From: a virus
Lineage: Duplodnaviria; Caudoviricetes
IMG/VR virus record: IMGVR_UViG_3300017722_000385
Span: 1 to 27,866 of that record
Reading direction: 5' to 3' (one strand)
DNA: 27,866 bases
How positions within the stretch are numbered: position 1 is the first letter of the stretch; each line of letters opens with the position of its first letter. Under the pieces are notes generated by a model. The model had not been told where the DNA came from and did not search any database. It worked only from the letters and a program-made list of their open reading frames with translations. Both the position numbers and the translations under genes were made by a program. Positions 1 through 8,775 of this stretch are shown here, piece by piece.

Positions 1-1
1 G

Positions 2-442
2 AAATCTGTTGGTGATTTGGCCATGGACTATTATGACACGACCGGAACCAAGCGTACGCTGTTGACGTGGGATTACACGCAGTCGCCTTTGTTGACAGGT
101 TTGAAATTTGGTACGCAGTGGGCTCAGACACAGGTCGCACCGACTTACGGAACAACGGTTAATATCGACGCTTCTTTGGGCTCGTTCTTTACCGTTACAG
201 CAACCAATTCCACCGCGTTTTTGATTGCCGCGCCGACCAATGGGCAGGAAGGCCAGACCATTACTATCCGGGTGCGGAATACATCAGGCGGCGCTTTGGG
301 CGCCATTTCTTGGGCTTCGGCCTATAAGAAAGCTGCGTTTACGGCGCCTGCAAACGGCTTCAGCCGGGCAATTACGTTTGAGTATATCGGCGCATTTACG
401 TGGGTCGAGACTAGCCAAACTTCCGCAGACATCCCTAATTGA
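2..442 (+). CDS. Tail fibre/tailspike, C-terminal part (5'-truncated by the window)
   Basis: The frame is open from nt 2. It is Thr/Ala/Gly-rich and beta-like, ending in IDASLGSFFTVT...APTNGQEGQTITIRV...GGALGAISWASAYK, a C-terminal module typical of phage fibres. Confidence 0.6.
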   Translation, partial: KSVGDLAMDYYDTTGTKRTLLTWDYTQSPLLTGLKFGTQWAQTQVAPTYGTTVNIDASLGSFFTVTATNSTAFLIAAPTNGQEGQTITIRVRNTSGGALGAISWASAYKKAAFTAPANGFSRAITFEYIGAFTWVETSQTSADIPN

Positions 443-456
443 GTTGAGGCAACACC

Positions 457-1371
457 ATGGCCGATAAAAAGATTTCCCAGCTGACCGGCGCAACGACGCC
501 GCTTGCAGGCACCGAAGAAGTGCCGCTGGTTCAAAGCAGCACCACAAAAAAAGCTACTGTTGCTAATCTTACGGCTGGCCGAGCAGTCAGCATGGAGAGT
601 CTTGGACTTGGGGGCACAGCCCCAGTTTCTTATGCGGCTATTGAATGGGGGCCATCCGCTGCTGTCACTTACGGTGTTGAACTAACACCACTTTTGAACG
701 CTAACACAACTAACGTTCAAATGTTTCGCGCGCGCCCCCGCGCGACTGCCAATACACACACGGATGTAACGGCTTATTATGCTGGACTTGACGGTCTTGC
801 CAGCTCGTCCACGACAACGACGGCGTACGGTCTTCGCGTTACAAGTCCGACTGGCGGCGTCACTAACCTTTACGGCATTCATTCTGCTATTACGTCTGGG
901 GCCGGGCGCTACCACATTTATTTGAACACTGACGCGAATAGTTACACAGCAGGCAATTGGCAATTTGCTGCTGGCAAGGGCATCGACTTCAGCGCAAATT
1001 CCAGTGCCGCAGGTATGACCTCCGAGTTGCTGAACGACTACGAAGAAGGAACGTGGACGCCGGTCCTTAACAGCTTTACATCTACAAACACGCCTACCGT
1101 AGGCGGCGTATACACTAAAGTTGGTAGGTTAGTAACGGTCACATGTAACATTTACGAATTGGCAATTGGCGATATATCCACAACGTCAGCGTCTTTTATC
1201 TCTGGTTTGCCATTTACCGCATCAGGAACTGCTTATGGCTACTCAGCAAACATGACTACCAATGCAGGTTCAGGTTCACCCTCAAATGGGTATGTTACTG
1301 GTGCAAGCATATATCCCGGTACGTCTGCCGGGTCAGCAATCAAGTATGTCACCGCTTCGTATTTTGTTTAA
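457..1371 (+). CDS. Tail fibre-like receptor-binding protein (304 aa)
   Basis: GAGG SD upstream. N-terminal anchor MADKKISQLTGATTPLAGTEEVPLVQ. C-terminal module GKGIDFSA...SELLNDYEEGTWTP...GVYTKVGRLVTV...ISGLPFT, characteristic of phage fibre proteins. Confidence 0.75.
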   Translation: MADKKISQLTGATTPLAGTEEVPLVQSSTTKKATVANLTAGRAVSMESLGLGGTAPVSYAAIEWGPSAAVTYGVELTPLLNANTTNVQMFRARPRATANTHTDVTAYYAGLDGLASSSTTTTAYGLRVTSPTGGVTNLYGIHSAITSGAGRYHIYLNTDANSYTAGNWQFAAGKGIDFSANSSAAGMTSELLNDYEEGTWTPVLNSFTSTNTPTVGGVYTKVGRLVTVTCNIYELAIGDISTTSASFISGLPFTASGTAYGYSANMTTNAGSGSPSNGYVTGASIYPGTSAGSAIKYVTASYFV

Positions 1372-1380
1372 GGATTAATC

Positions 1381-3069
1381 ATGTCGCTGACCAAAGCCAC
1401 TTACAGCATGATTGACGGTGCGCCTGTCAACGTATTAGATTTTGGTGCAGACCCAACTGGCGCAACAGACTCAACAACCGCCATTCAAGCAGCAATTAAT
1501 TTTGCTATTGCTAATAGAAAATCACTGCCCGGTATGGTAACTGGATTTAGTGCTCCAGAAGTTCATTTTTCTGAAGGCTCAATTTATAAAGTTACTGGTA
1601 ACATTTCTGTCGGAACAGGTATAAAACTGTTTGGAAACAAAGCTATTATTACAAGCGGCACATATCCGTACCCCCAGATAAATCCTCTTTTTACTAATGT
1701 AGGCCCTGAGTCCACCATCGACGGATTTGTAACATTTGGATTTACCAATGTTGTCATGATTTCAACTGCCAACGTGGATGCTGTTCTCATTGAAATTAAA
1801 AATTGTGAAATTCAAGAGTGGTCTGGATACGCTATTTTTGTCGATAATAATAGCGCATCAACGCTGTTAAAAATTAACAACAATAAGTTCTACGCAAGAG
1901 TTGCAGGTGCGTGGGTCCTAAAAAACGAATGCGATGTTTGTTTGTTTGACGACAATTGGGTTCAAGGCCCATGCGATACGTTTTTCTGGAACACAAAACA
2001 GCTTTACGTTCGTGGAATGTTTGGTGTCCCAACAGCATCAACGTCTAACAGCCGTTGGATTTACAACGAAGGAACCCAACTAACTTGTCGGGACTCGCGT
2101 TTTGGCGGTGAAGCAGGCGCACGAACAATTGTTGACCAGATCACAGGTCCGGGCGGTACAAACGCAACAAAGCTGGTCGTAGAAAATTGTGAGGTATGGT
2201 CAACAGGATTTCCTCTCATTCGGTTCAACGACATCCCAGATGTTTTTGCGTTTACTAGAAATTACGGGTTCAATGGCGCGTATCCGTTCCAGTTCAATAC
2301 AATCCCTTCAGCAACAAAGAACGCGTTTGGCTCCAGAAACACATGGACTGTTGGAGAAAACGAATACGTCGAAATTGGAGGATTGAGATCGTCTAGTGAG
2401 GACGTTACAGCCAACAACAAATCTGTAGTGATTGAGAATGTTCGCGCTGCACTAGGAACTGAGACATTTACATCATCTGCCGTTGTTCGCAACATTCTCC
2501 ATACAGAGGTTGGTTTCGGTAATGCGGGTTCAATAACTGCTGGAATGACAACATCAACCTCGACAGATTTTTTTGGGGCGACTGTTCAAACAGTAAACGG
2601 CATCAATGGAACTTCTCAATTTAACACTAATTGGACAACACTACTCTCAGGTCTTGCTGCTGGTTCTTACACCATGCTTGTCAACATTGCGGTTAATTCA
2701 GGGGCTTCTGTGCTGTTGACGCTGAATGCTGGCAACAATATTAGAACCGAAAACCTAACGCTGGGCAAATACACACTTGCGGTGCCATTTTACTTTGATG
2801 GAACAAATGCCACTGTTTGTGGGTACGCTGTCAAAAACATTTGCGCGGGTACACAAATTGCACATGGCGGTCTGCGGATTGTTGCCGGAACTGCGGATGG
2901 GTACAAGAAATGGAACACGGAATGCTTGGGAACTGCTATACCTACTTCTGGATACTGGAGACTTGGAGATAGGGTGATTAATTCAGCGCCTACAGTCTTA
3001 CAGCCTAAAGCATGGGTTTGTACCGCTGCTGGAACTGTAGGCACTTGGGTTTCTGAAGGTAACTTGTAA
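1381..3069 (+). CDS. Tailspike with pectate-lyase-3-like beta-helix (putative depolymerase, 562 aa)
   Basis: Contains VNVLDFGADPTGATDSTTAIQAAI (pectate_lyase_3-type start), an Asn/Ile/Val-rich beta-helix body, and the C-terminal PTSGYWRLGDRVINSAP...WVCTAAGTVGTW tailspike motif. AAGGA SD. Confidence 0.8.
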   Translation: MSLTKATYSMIDGAPVNVLDFGADPTGATDSTTAIQAAINFAIANRKSLPGMVTGFSAPEVHFSEGSIYKVTGNISVGTGIKLFGNKAIITSGTYPYPQINPLFTNVGPESTIDGFVTFGFTNVVMISTANVDAVLIEIKNCEIQEWSGYAIFVDNNSASTLLKINNNKFYARVAGAWVLKNECDVCLFDDNWVQGPCDTFFWNTKQLYVRGMFGVPTASTSNSRWIYNEGTQLTCRDSRFGGEAGARTIVDQITGPGGTNATKLVVENCEVWSTGFPLIRFNDIPDVFAFTRNYGFNGAYPFQFNTIPSATKNAFGSRNTWTVGENEYVEIGGLRSSSEDVTANNKSVVIENVRAALGTETFTSSAVVRNILHTEVGFGNAGSITAGMTTSTSTDFFGATVQTVNGINGTSQFNTNWTTLLSGLAAGSYTMLVNIAVNSGASVLLTLNAGNNIRTENLTLGKYTLAVPFYFDGTNATVCGYAVKNICAGTQIAHGGLRIVAGTADGYKKWNTECLGTAIPTSGYWRLGDRVINSAPTVLQPKAWVCTAAGTVGTWVSEGNL

Positions 3070-3086
3070 ACTAATAGGAGACTAAA

Positions 3087-3332
3087 ATGGCACTGGAAAA
3101 AGTAATCGTTGTAGACCTGATCGAAGTCACGGAAAATGGCTGCATTCAGGTCCGCACCAAAACGGCAATTGTTGAGGACGGTCAGCAGATCAGCGGCTCG
3201 TTCCACCGCCATGTTGTTGCGCCCGGCGACAATTACGCCAGCGAAGACCCGCGCGTGCAGGCAATCTGTGCTGCTACCCATACACCTGAAGTTATTGCGG
3301 CATATCAGGCTTCCCTGCAGCCGCCTGTCTGA
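3087..3332 (+). CDS. Small conserved phage protein, fibre-associated (81 aa)
   Basis: Strong SD (AGGAG). The sequence IEVTENGCIQVRTKT...SFHRHVVAPGD...VQAICAA resembles small proteins found next to tailspike genes. Function is not known. Confidence 0.65.
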   Translation: MALEKVIVVDLIEVTENGCIQVRTKTAIVEDGQQISGSFHRHVVAPGDNYASEDPRVQAICAATHTPEVIAAYQASLQPPV

Positions 3333-3338
3333 TATAAT
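3330..3338 (+). promoter_or_regulatory. Possible extended -10 promoter for the lysis cassette
   Basis: TGaTATAAT is an exact TGnTATAAT match, about 27 nt before the GTG start at 3365. No convincing -35. Confidence 0.3.
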
Positions 3339-3364
3339 ACACTATGCTTTGCGGAGGTTAGATC

Positions 3365-3634
3365 GTGACGACAGACGGCTGGCATCTCGATAAGAAGGTT
3401 CCGATCACTATCATCGTGGCGCTGGCCTTGCAGACGCTTGGGTTTATCTATGTCGGTACGGCGTGGAAGACCGAGATTGATTTCAGGGTCAACAACCTTG
3501 AGCAACTGAACGAGGACAGCAAATCGCAGGAAGGCCGGATTATCGCAGTAGAACAACAACTTAACTACATAACCGAATCCCTGAAGCGGATTGAAGCTAA
3601 GCTGGAAAGCACCATTGGTAATGGCCAGAAGTAA
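3365..3634 (+). CDS. Single-TM coiled-coil membrane protein of the lysis cassette (holin/antiholin-like, 89 aa)
   Basis: GGAGG SD and GTG start. WHLDKKVP is followed by a hydrophobic helix and a heptad-like tail. Overlaps the endolysin start. Confidence 0.65.
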   Translation: MTTDGWHLDKKVPITIIVALALQTLGFIYVGTAWKTEIDFRVNNLEQLNEDSKSQEGRIIAVEQQLNYITESLKRIEAKLESTIGNGQK

Positions 3635-4055
3635 GACCAATTGGATCGTCATCCACTGCAGCGCAACGCGCGGGTCGCAGAACTTTACGGCGGCTGACAT
3701 TCGCCGCTGGCACCTCGACAAGGGCTGGAAGGACATTGGCTACCACTATGTGATCCGCCGGGACGGTACTGTCGAACCCGGACGGGCTGAAAACGCCATT
3801 GGCTCCCACGTTCAGGGGCACAACGCCGACAGTATCGGTGTCTGTATGGTCGGCGGCATTGACGACAAGACATGGAAGCCAGCAGACAACTTCACGCCAG
3901 CTCAGTGGCGGTCTCTTAGAACACTTGTAGAACGCTTGGTAAAGAAGTATCCTAGCGCCAAAGTTCTCGGGCACAGGGATTTTCCCGGTGTCCAGAAAGC
4001 ATGTCCGTCCTTCGCGGCCAAAGTCTGGGCCAAGAAGAATGGTTTTCCTATCTAG
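3621..4055 (+). CDS. Endolysin, N-acetylmuramoyl-L-alanine amidase (Amidase_2, T7 gp3.5-like, 144 aa)
   Basis: Motifs IVIHCSAT, DIGYHYVI, GHRDF and KACPSF supply the His/His/Cys zinc ligands plus the Tyr and Lys of T7 lysozyme. I chose ATG 3621 over the track's start at 3591. Confidence 0.93.
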   Translation: MARSKTNWIVIHCSATRGSQNFTAADIRRWHLDKGWKDIGYHYVIRRDGTVEPGRAENAIGSHVQGHNADSIGVCMVGGIDDKTWKPADNFTPAQWRSLRTLVERLVKKYPSAKVLGHRDFPGVQKACPSFAAKVWAKKNGFPI

Positions 4056-4076
4056 CTAGCCACAGGAGACTAAAAT

Positions 4077-4250
4077 ATGTTTACACAAATTGATAAAGCG
4101 CTGGTCGCCGCCATCATGGGCATCCTGTTCATCGTGCAGACCTTCTCGGGCATCAATCTTTCGTGGCTGAGCCACGATACGGTATCTACCGTCATCGGCC
4201 TGCTCACCCCGGTGTTGGTCTGGGCGGTGCCGAACAAGAAGCCTGCTTGA
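4077..4250 (+). CDS. Putative holin, 57 aa, two TM segments (not in the ORF track)
   Basis: Hand translation: MFTQIDKALVAAIMGILFIVQTFSGINLSWLSHDTVSTVIGLLTPVLVWAVPNKKPA. AGGAG SD, two hydrophobic segments, basic C-terminus, directly after the endolysin. Confidence 0.75.
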   Translation: MFTQIDKALVAAIMGILFIVQTFSGINLSWLSHDTVSTVIGLLTPVLVWAVPNKKPA

Positions 4251-4495
4251 TGACATGGCAGGAAGCTGCAGCAACCATTGTTATACTCCTCGGCCTTGGG
4301 GCCGGAGCGTATCTGGTTGCGCAGCGGCCTGCTTTTTGGATCGAGTTTGGCTCTCGTTCTTTAACGGCATTATGGCCACATATCTGGAAATATGTTTCCA
4401 GACGGAACAGCCCAGAAGTCGAAGCCAAGATGCACGAGTGCTACCGGCGCGGCGGGACATGGGACAATTTTCGAAAGAAATGCAGGGATAAATAA
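4250..4495 (+). CDS. Membrane-anchored basic protein of the lysis cassette (81 aa)
   Basis: Its ATG overlaps the holin stop (TGATG coupling). N-terminal TM, then a Trp/Arg-rich region and two Cys. Confidence 0.6.
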   Translation: MTWQEAAATIVILLGLGAGAYLVAQRPAFWIEFGSRSLTALWPHIWKYVSRRNSPEVEAKMHECYRRGGTWDNFRKKCRDK

Positions 4496-6562
4496 ATGGC
4501 CGGACTTACACTTCTTCGCGTTGTGAGCGGTGATGACCTTGCAAAACAGGAACGCGCCCAGCTTCAATCCGAGATGGAAGCACGTCAGCAGAACCCGGTT
4601 ATTCTGGGGCTGGCTGCCCATCTCCGCACCTGCTGGGACGCCGCCCGCATGGCGAAAGACCCTATCAACGACATCATGCTCAAGGCTTTGCGCCAGCGTA
4701 ATGGCGAGTATGAGCCTGATAAGATGAACGCTATCCGCGCTCAGGGTGGTTCTGAAGTTTACATGATGCTCACCGAGATCAAGTGCCGTGCGGCTGAGAG
4801 CTGGCTTCGCGACATCTTGATGGATGATGGCACGCCCCCGTGGGATATGCAGCCGACGCCCGAACCTGACCTGTCGCCCTCTCAGATGGATGAGCTGAAA
4901 CAGGCGTTTGCTGAGCAGGTGATGATCACTATCCAGCAGACATCGCAGGCTCCAACCAAAACCGACATGCTGGAACTGCGTGAAGTCGTTGCCCAGCAGT
5001 TCAGGTTCAAGGTGCTGCAGGCTGCCCAGAACCGCGCGGACAAGATGAAAATCCGCATCGAGGACCAGCTCGCGCAGGGCGGCTGGGCGGATGCGTTCAA
5101 TGAGTTTTTGACTGATCTGGTGACGTTCCCGTGCGCCTTCGTCAAGGGGCCCATCGTCCGCCGCCAGCGGTTCCTGAAGTGGGTTTCCGACCAGAATGGC
5201 CGCACCGCCGTAGAGCAGGGCGAACGTATCGCGCCTGAGTTCGAGCGTGTCAGCCCGTTCAATATGTATCCCGAGCCGGGCATCACCCGGATCAACGACG
5301 GCTATATGTTCGAGCACCATCAGTTGACCCGGCAGGCTCTGGCCGATCTTATCGGCGTTCCGGGCTACGACGAGCAGGCTATCCGTAAGGCTCTGGAAAA
5401 TGGGCCGGATGCTTCGTTCGTGTTCGAGCCGACCGAATATGCCCGTGAGGAAGAGGAACGCAAGTTCTACACCGAGATGCGCCCAACCGATGTGTTCGAC
5501 GCGCTTGAGTTCTGGGGCAAGGTATCCGGCAAAATGCTTCAAGAGTGGGGCATGACGGAAGCCGAAGTTCCCGATGACGCCAAGGAATACGACGCCAACG
5601 TGTGGGTAATCGGCACCCTCGTCATCAAGGCCGTGCTGAACTATGACCCGCTGGGTGAGAAGCCTTACGCCAAGACATCGTTCATCAAGACGCCCGGTTC
5701 GTTCTGGGGCCGGGCCATTCCGGAGATCATCGAAGACCTGCAGAATATCTGTAACGCAGCCGCCCGCGCACTGGTCAACAACATGGGCATCGCGTCTGGA
5801 CCGCAGGTCGAGGTAAACCTTGAGCGCATCCCGCCGAACGAGGACATCACGCAGATGCACCCGTGGAAAATCTGGCAGGTGCTTAATGATCCGCTGGGTA
5901 GCTCTGCCCCGGCAGTCCGGTTCAACCAGCCGAATGATAACTCGTCCACGTTGATGGCGGTTTACGAGCGGTTCAGCCGTCTGGCCGACGACCACTCCGG
6001 TATCCCTTCGTATATTTACGGAGATACGGACGTTCAGGGTGCTGGTCGTACGGCTTCGGGCCTCTCCATGCTCATGGGTTCTGCGGGTAAGGGCATCCGT
6101 CAGGTGGTCATGCACATTGATCACGATGTCGTGAAGCCGATTGTCCAGCGGCAGTTTGTTTACAACATGCGCTACGACGACGATGAGAACATCAAGGGTG
6201 ATGCGCAGGTCATTCCGCGCGGCGCTGTAAATCTTGCCGTTAAGGAAACCACGAACGTCCGCCGTGTCGAGTTCCTGAACGCTACCGCCAACGAGATTGA
6301 CATGGGCATCATGGGCCCGGATGGCCGCGCTGCCATCCTCCGCGAGATCGCCAAAGGTCTGCAGATGCCGGTTGACGAGATCATCCCGTCTCGTGAGAAC
6401 ATGGCAACCAAGAAGAAGGCCATGGAGAAGCAGGCTGCCGTCGAGATGGCGATGCAGCCTCCGCAGATACCCGGTCAGGCTCCCGGCGCGGAGACCATGG
6501 ATGTTGGCGGTGCCCCCGCTGGCGGCATGAACCTCGTGACTAACCAGCAGACTGGCCGATGA
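4496..6562 (+). CDS. Portal protein (688 aa)
   Basis: Size and position before scaffold and capsid. Podoviral portal-like segments: FERVSPFNMYPEPG, PGSFWGRAIPEIIEDLQNICNAAARALVNNMGIASGPQV, GRTASGLSMLM. Confidence 0.88.
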   Translation: MAGLTLLRVVSGDDLAKQERAQLQSEMEARQQNPVILGLAAHLRTCWDAARMAKDPINDIMLKALRQRNGEYEPDKMNAIRAQGGSEVYMMLTEIKCRAAESWLRDILMDDGTPPWDMQPTPEPDLSPSQMDELKQAFAEQVMITIQQTSQAPTKTDMLELREVVAQQFRFKVLQAAQNRADKMKIRIEDQLAQGGWADAFNEFLTDLVTFPCAFVKGPIVRRQRFLKWVSDQNGRTAVEQGERIAPEFERVSPFNMYPEPGITRINDGYMFEHHQLTRQALADLIGVPGYDEQAIRKALENGPDASFVFEPTEYAREEEERKFYTEMRPTDVFDALEFWGKVSGKMLQEWGMTEAEVPDDAKEYDANVWVIGTLVIKAVLNYDPLGEKPYAKTSFIKTPGSFWGRAIPEIIEDLQNICNAAARALVNNMGIASGPQVEVNLERIPPNEDITQMHPWKIWQVLNDPLGSSAPAVRFNQPNDNSSTLMAVYERFSRLADDHSGIPSYIYGDTDVQGAGRTASGLSMLMGSAGKGIRQVVMHIDHDVVKPIVQRQFVYNMRYDDDENIKGDAQVIPRGAVNLAVKETTNVRRVEFLNATANEIDMGIMGPDGRAAILREIAKGLQMPVDEIIPSRENMATKKKAMEKQAAVEMAMQPPQIPGQAPGAETMDVGGAPAGGMNLVTNQQTGR

Positions 6563-6786
6563 TCCGCCCTGATCCGGAGATTGTCGCACGGCTTGCGAAT
6601 ATTGCAACGCACAATAAAGAATTTGTGCAGTGGCTCAATAACTGGCGTCAGCACGAACTCGAACAGCTCCCAAACGTATCGTCCAATGCTGTCGGTATCG
6701 CGCAAGGCAGGTGCCAAGTGTTGACAGAGCTGTGTAAACTTGTTAATAATTCTCGCGAATTCGTCGCACAATCGAATAAACGATAG
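6559..6786 (+). CDS. Small conserved protein between portal and scaffold (75 aa)
   Basis: ATGA overlap with the portal stop. Helical, with an AQGRCQVL motif. Occupies the usual post-portal slot of P22/BPP-1-like podoviruses. Confidence 0.7.
   Translation: MIRPDPEIVARLANIATHNKEFVQWLNNWRQHELEQLPNVSSNAVGIAQGRCQVLTELCKLVNNSREFVAQSNKR
6721..6750 (+). promoter_or_regulatory. Candidate sigma70-type promoter upstream of the scaffold/capsid genes
   Basis: Perfect TTGACA at 6721-6726, a 17-nt spacer, then TAATAA(T) at 6744-6750. Confidence 0.4.
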
Positions 6787-6824
6787 CGACTAACACTGGC
6801 ACGCACACCGAGAGGAGCGTTTGT

Positions 6825-7826
6825 ATGGCCCTACCCGAGCAGATCAGAAAGCAGTCCGAGGCTGTAAAGAAGTTGTACGATGAACTTCACGCCGATGCGA
6901 ATTCACCTGCCACTGAGCAGGATGACGCAGGCATGGAGACTTCTGCGACCGATGAAGCCAACGGTGCTGAGAACTCTGCGCCTGAAGCCGCGTCTAACGA
7001 GCAAGGACGACCGGCTACCACCGCAACTGACACTGCTGAACAGCGTTATCGCACCCTTCAGGGTATGTATAATGCTGATACTGCCCGGCTTCGGACAGAT
7101 AAGCAGGAACTCACTTCACGTGTTGAGCAGCTTGAAAAGCTGATCTCGTCTCTTTCGACGCAACCTGCACAGGCTGCATCGGTCCAGTCGAAGCTCGTCA
7201 CTGACAAAGACATTGAGGACTATGGAGATTCCATCGAAGTCATGCGCCGCGTGACCAAGGAGGAGACTTCATTGCACCAGCAGAAGATCGCTGATCTGGA
7301 GAATACCATTCGTAATCTCCAAGCAAGCGTTATTCCGCGTGTCGAGCAGGTCGCACAGCGACAGGCTCAGTCGGCTGAGCAGACATTCTGGGCTGATCTG
7401 ACAGCGGTTGTTCCAGATTGGCGGGAAATCAATCAGAGTAAGGACTTCCACTCTTGGCTTCTTGAGGTCGATCCGCTGACGGGTGTTACCCGCCAGTCTT
7501 ACCTCGAAAATGCCCAGCGTGGTCTGGACGCTCGTCGTGTTGCTGCGTTCTTCAACGCATGGCAGGGGAATACGGGCCACCGCATTGCTCAAGAACCTCG
7601 GGACGTTGCAAAGTCTCAGCTAGAGAAACAAGTTGCCCCCGGACGTAGCCGCAGTGCGGTTGCGCCTACAGGTGACAAGCCCAAAACGTATTCGCCATCA
7701 GAGATTTCAAAGTTCTTTGATAACGTGCGCAAGGGTGTTTATCGTGGCCGTGAGACCGAGCGCGACCGTATTGAACGCGATATCTTCGCTGCACAGCGGG
7801 AAAATCGCATTGTCGCTAATGGTTAA
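6825..7826 (+). CDS. Capsid scaffolding protein (333 aa)
   Basis: GAGGAG SD. Acidic disordered N-terminus, EQRYRTLQGMYNA coiled coil, VPDWREIN...FHSWL, C-terminal DIFAAQRENRI. Lies immediately before the capsid gene. Confidence 0.8.
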   Translation: MALPEQIRKQSEAVKKLYDELHADANSPATEQDDAGMETSATDEANGAENSAPEAASNEQGRPATTATDTAEQRYRTLQGMYNADTARLRTDKQELTSRVEQLEKLISSLSTQPAQAASVQSKLVTDKDIEDYGDSIEVMRRVTKEETSLHQQKIADLENTIRNLQASVIPRVEQVAQRQAQSAEQTFWADLTAVVPDWREINQSKDFHSWLLEVDPLTGVTRQSYLENAQRGLDARRVAAFFNAWQGNTGHRIAQEPRDVAKSQLEKQVAPGRSRSAVAPTGDKPKTYSPSEISKFFDNVRKGVYRGRETERDRIERDIFAAQRENRIVANG

Positions 7827-7839
7827 ACGGAGCACATAA

Positions 7840-8763
7840 ATGGCGTTTCCTGTCGCACCCGGACGCCCGAATTATTCCGGCAACTTCATTCCGGAAATCT
7901 GGTCGGGCAAGCTAATCGAGAACTTCTACGACGCAACTGTTCTCGCGGCTATTTCTAACACGGACTACGAAGGCGAAATTAAGGGTCAGGGCGATACGGT
8001 CAATATCCGTACGCAGCCCAACATCACGATCCGTGATTACGTCAAGGGTCAGAACCTTGTCGTGGAAAACCCCGACAAGCCGAAGCTGCAGCTTCTCATC
8101 GACAAGGGCGAATACTTCGCCTGCGTTGAAGACGACATTGATAAGGTGCAGTCGGATGTCAACCTCATGGACATGTGGTCCAAGGATGCGTCCGAGCAGA
8201 TGAAGGTCAAGATCGACCAGCGCGTTCTGACTGACATCCTGCCCGACATCTCTGCCACCAACAAGGGTACGGCTGCTGGCCGCATCTCTGGTGCGTTCAA
8301 CCTCGGTTCGTCCGCGTCTCCGCTGACCGTCACCAAGGATGGCGCTAGCAGCACCGCTTCTGTCACCGAGCTGATCGTTGACATGGGCACCGTGCTTGAC
8401 GAGAACAACTGCCCTGAGAGCGGTCGCTTCCTTGTGATCCCGGCCCGTATGGCTGGCCTCATCAAGAAGTCCGAACTCAAGGACGCCTCGCTTACTGGCG
8501 ACAGCCAGTCGGTGATGCGTAACGGTCGCCTTGGTATGATTGACCGTTTCACGGTCTACGTCAGCCATAACCTGAACGTGTCTTCGGGCAAGTTCAGCAT
8601 CATCGGTGGCACCAAGATGGGCTTCACCTTCGCATCGCAGATGACGGAGATGGAAACTATCCGTTCGGAAAGCACCTTCGGCGACATCATTCGTGGTCTT
8701 CAGGTTTACGGCTACAAGGTCGTTAAGCCCGAAGCTCTCACGATGGCTGTTGTACAGTTCTAA
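7840..8763 (+). CDS. Major capsid protein (HK97 fold, P22-coat-like, 307 aa)
   Basis: Motifs NFIPEIWSGKLIENFY, NTDYEGEIKGQGDTVNI, LDENNCPESGRFLVIP, FGDIIRGLQVYGYKVVKPEAL. Strongly biased codon usage. Confidence 0.92.
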   Translation: MAFPVAPGRPNYSGNFIPEIWSGKLIENFYDATVLAAISNTDYEGEIKGQGDTVNIRTQPNITIRDYVKGQNLVVENPDKPKLQLLIDKGEYFACVEDDIDKVQSDVNLMDMWSKDASEQMKVKIDQRVLTDILPDISATNKGTAAGRISGAFNLGSSASPLTVTKDGASSTASVTELIVDMGTVLDENNCPESGRFLVIPARMAGLIKKSELKDASLTGDSQSVMRNGRLGMIDRFTVYVSHNLNVSSGKFSIIGGTKMGFTFASQMTEMETIRSESTFGDIIRGLQVYGYKVVKPEALTMAVVQF

Positions 8764-8775
8764 GGAGACCTAAAA

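Noticed and set aside
3070-4079. Repeated AGGAGACTAAAAT before the genes at 3087 and 4077, with a similar sequence at 8763
   Set aside because: Adequately explained as strong ribosome-binding sites.
4163-4491. Track start at 4163, and ORF 4255..4491 as an embedded o-spanin
   Set aside because: The 4163 start overlaps the holin, and the coupled ATG at 4250 is preferred. The 4255 ORF has no hydrophobic signal or lipobox.
4370-6607. 745-aa antisense ORF opposite the portal
   Set aside because: It is a codon-register shadow of a gene with strongly biased codons. It has no recognisable motifs, and all supported genes are on the + strand.
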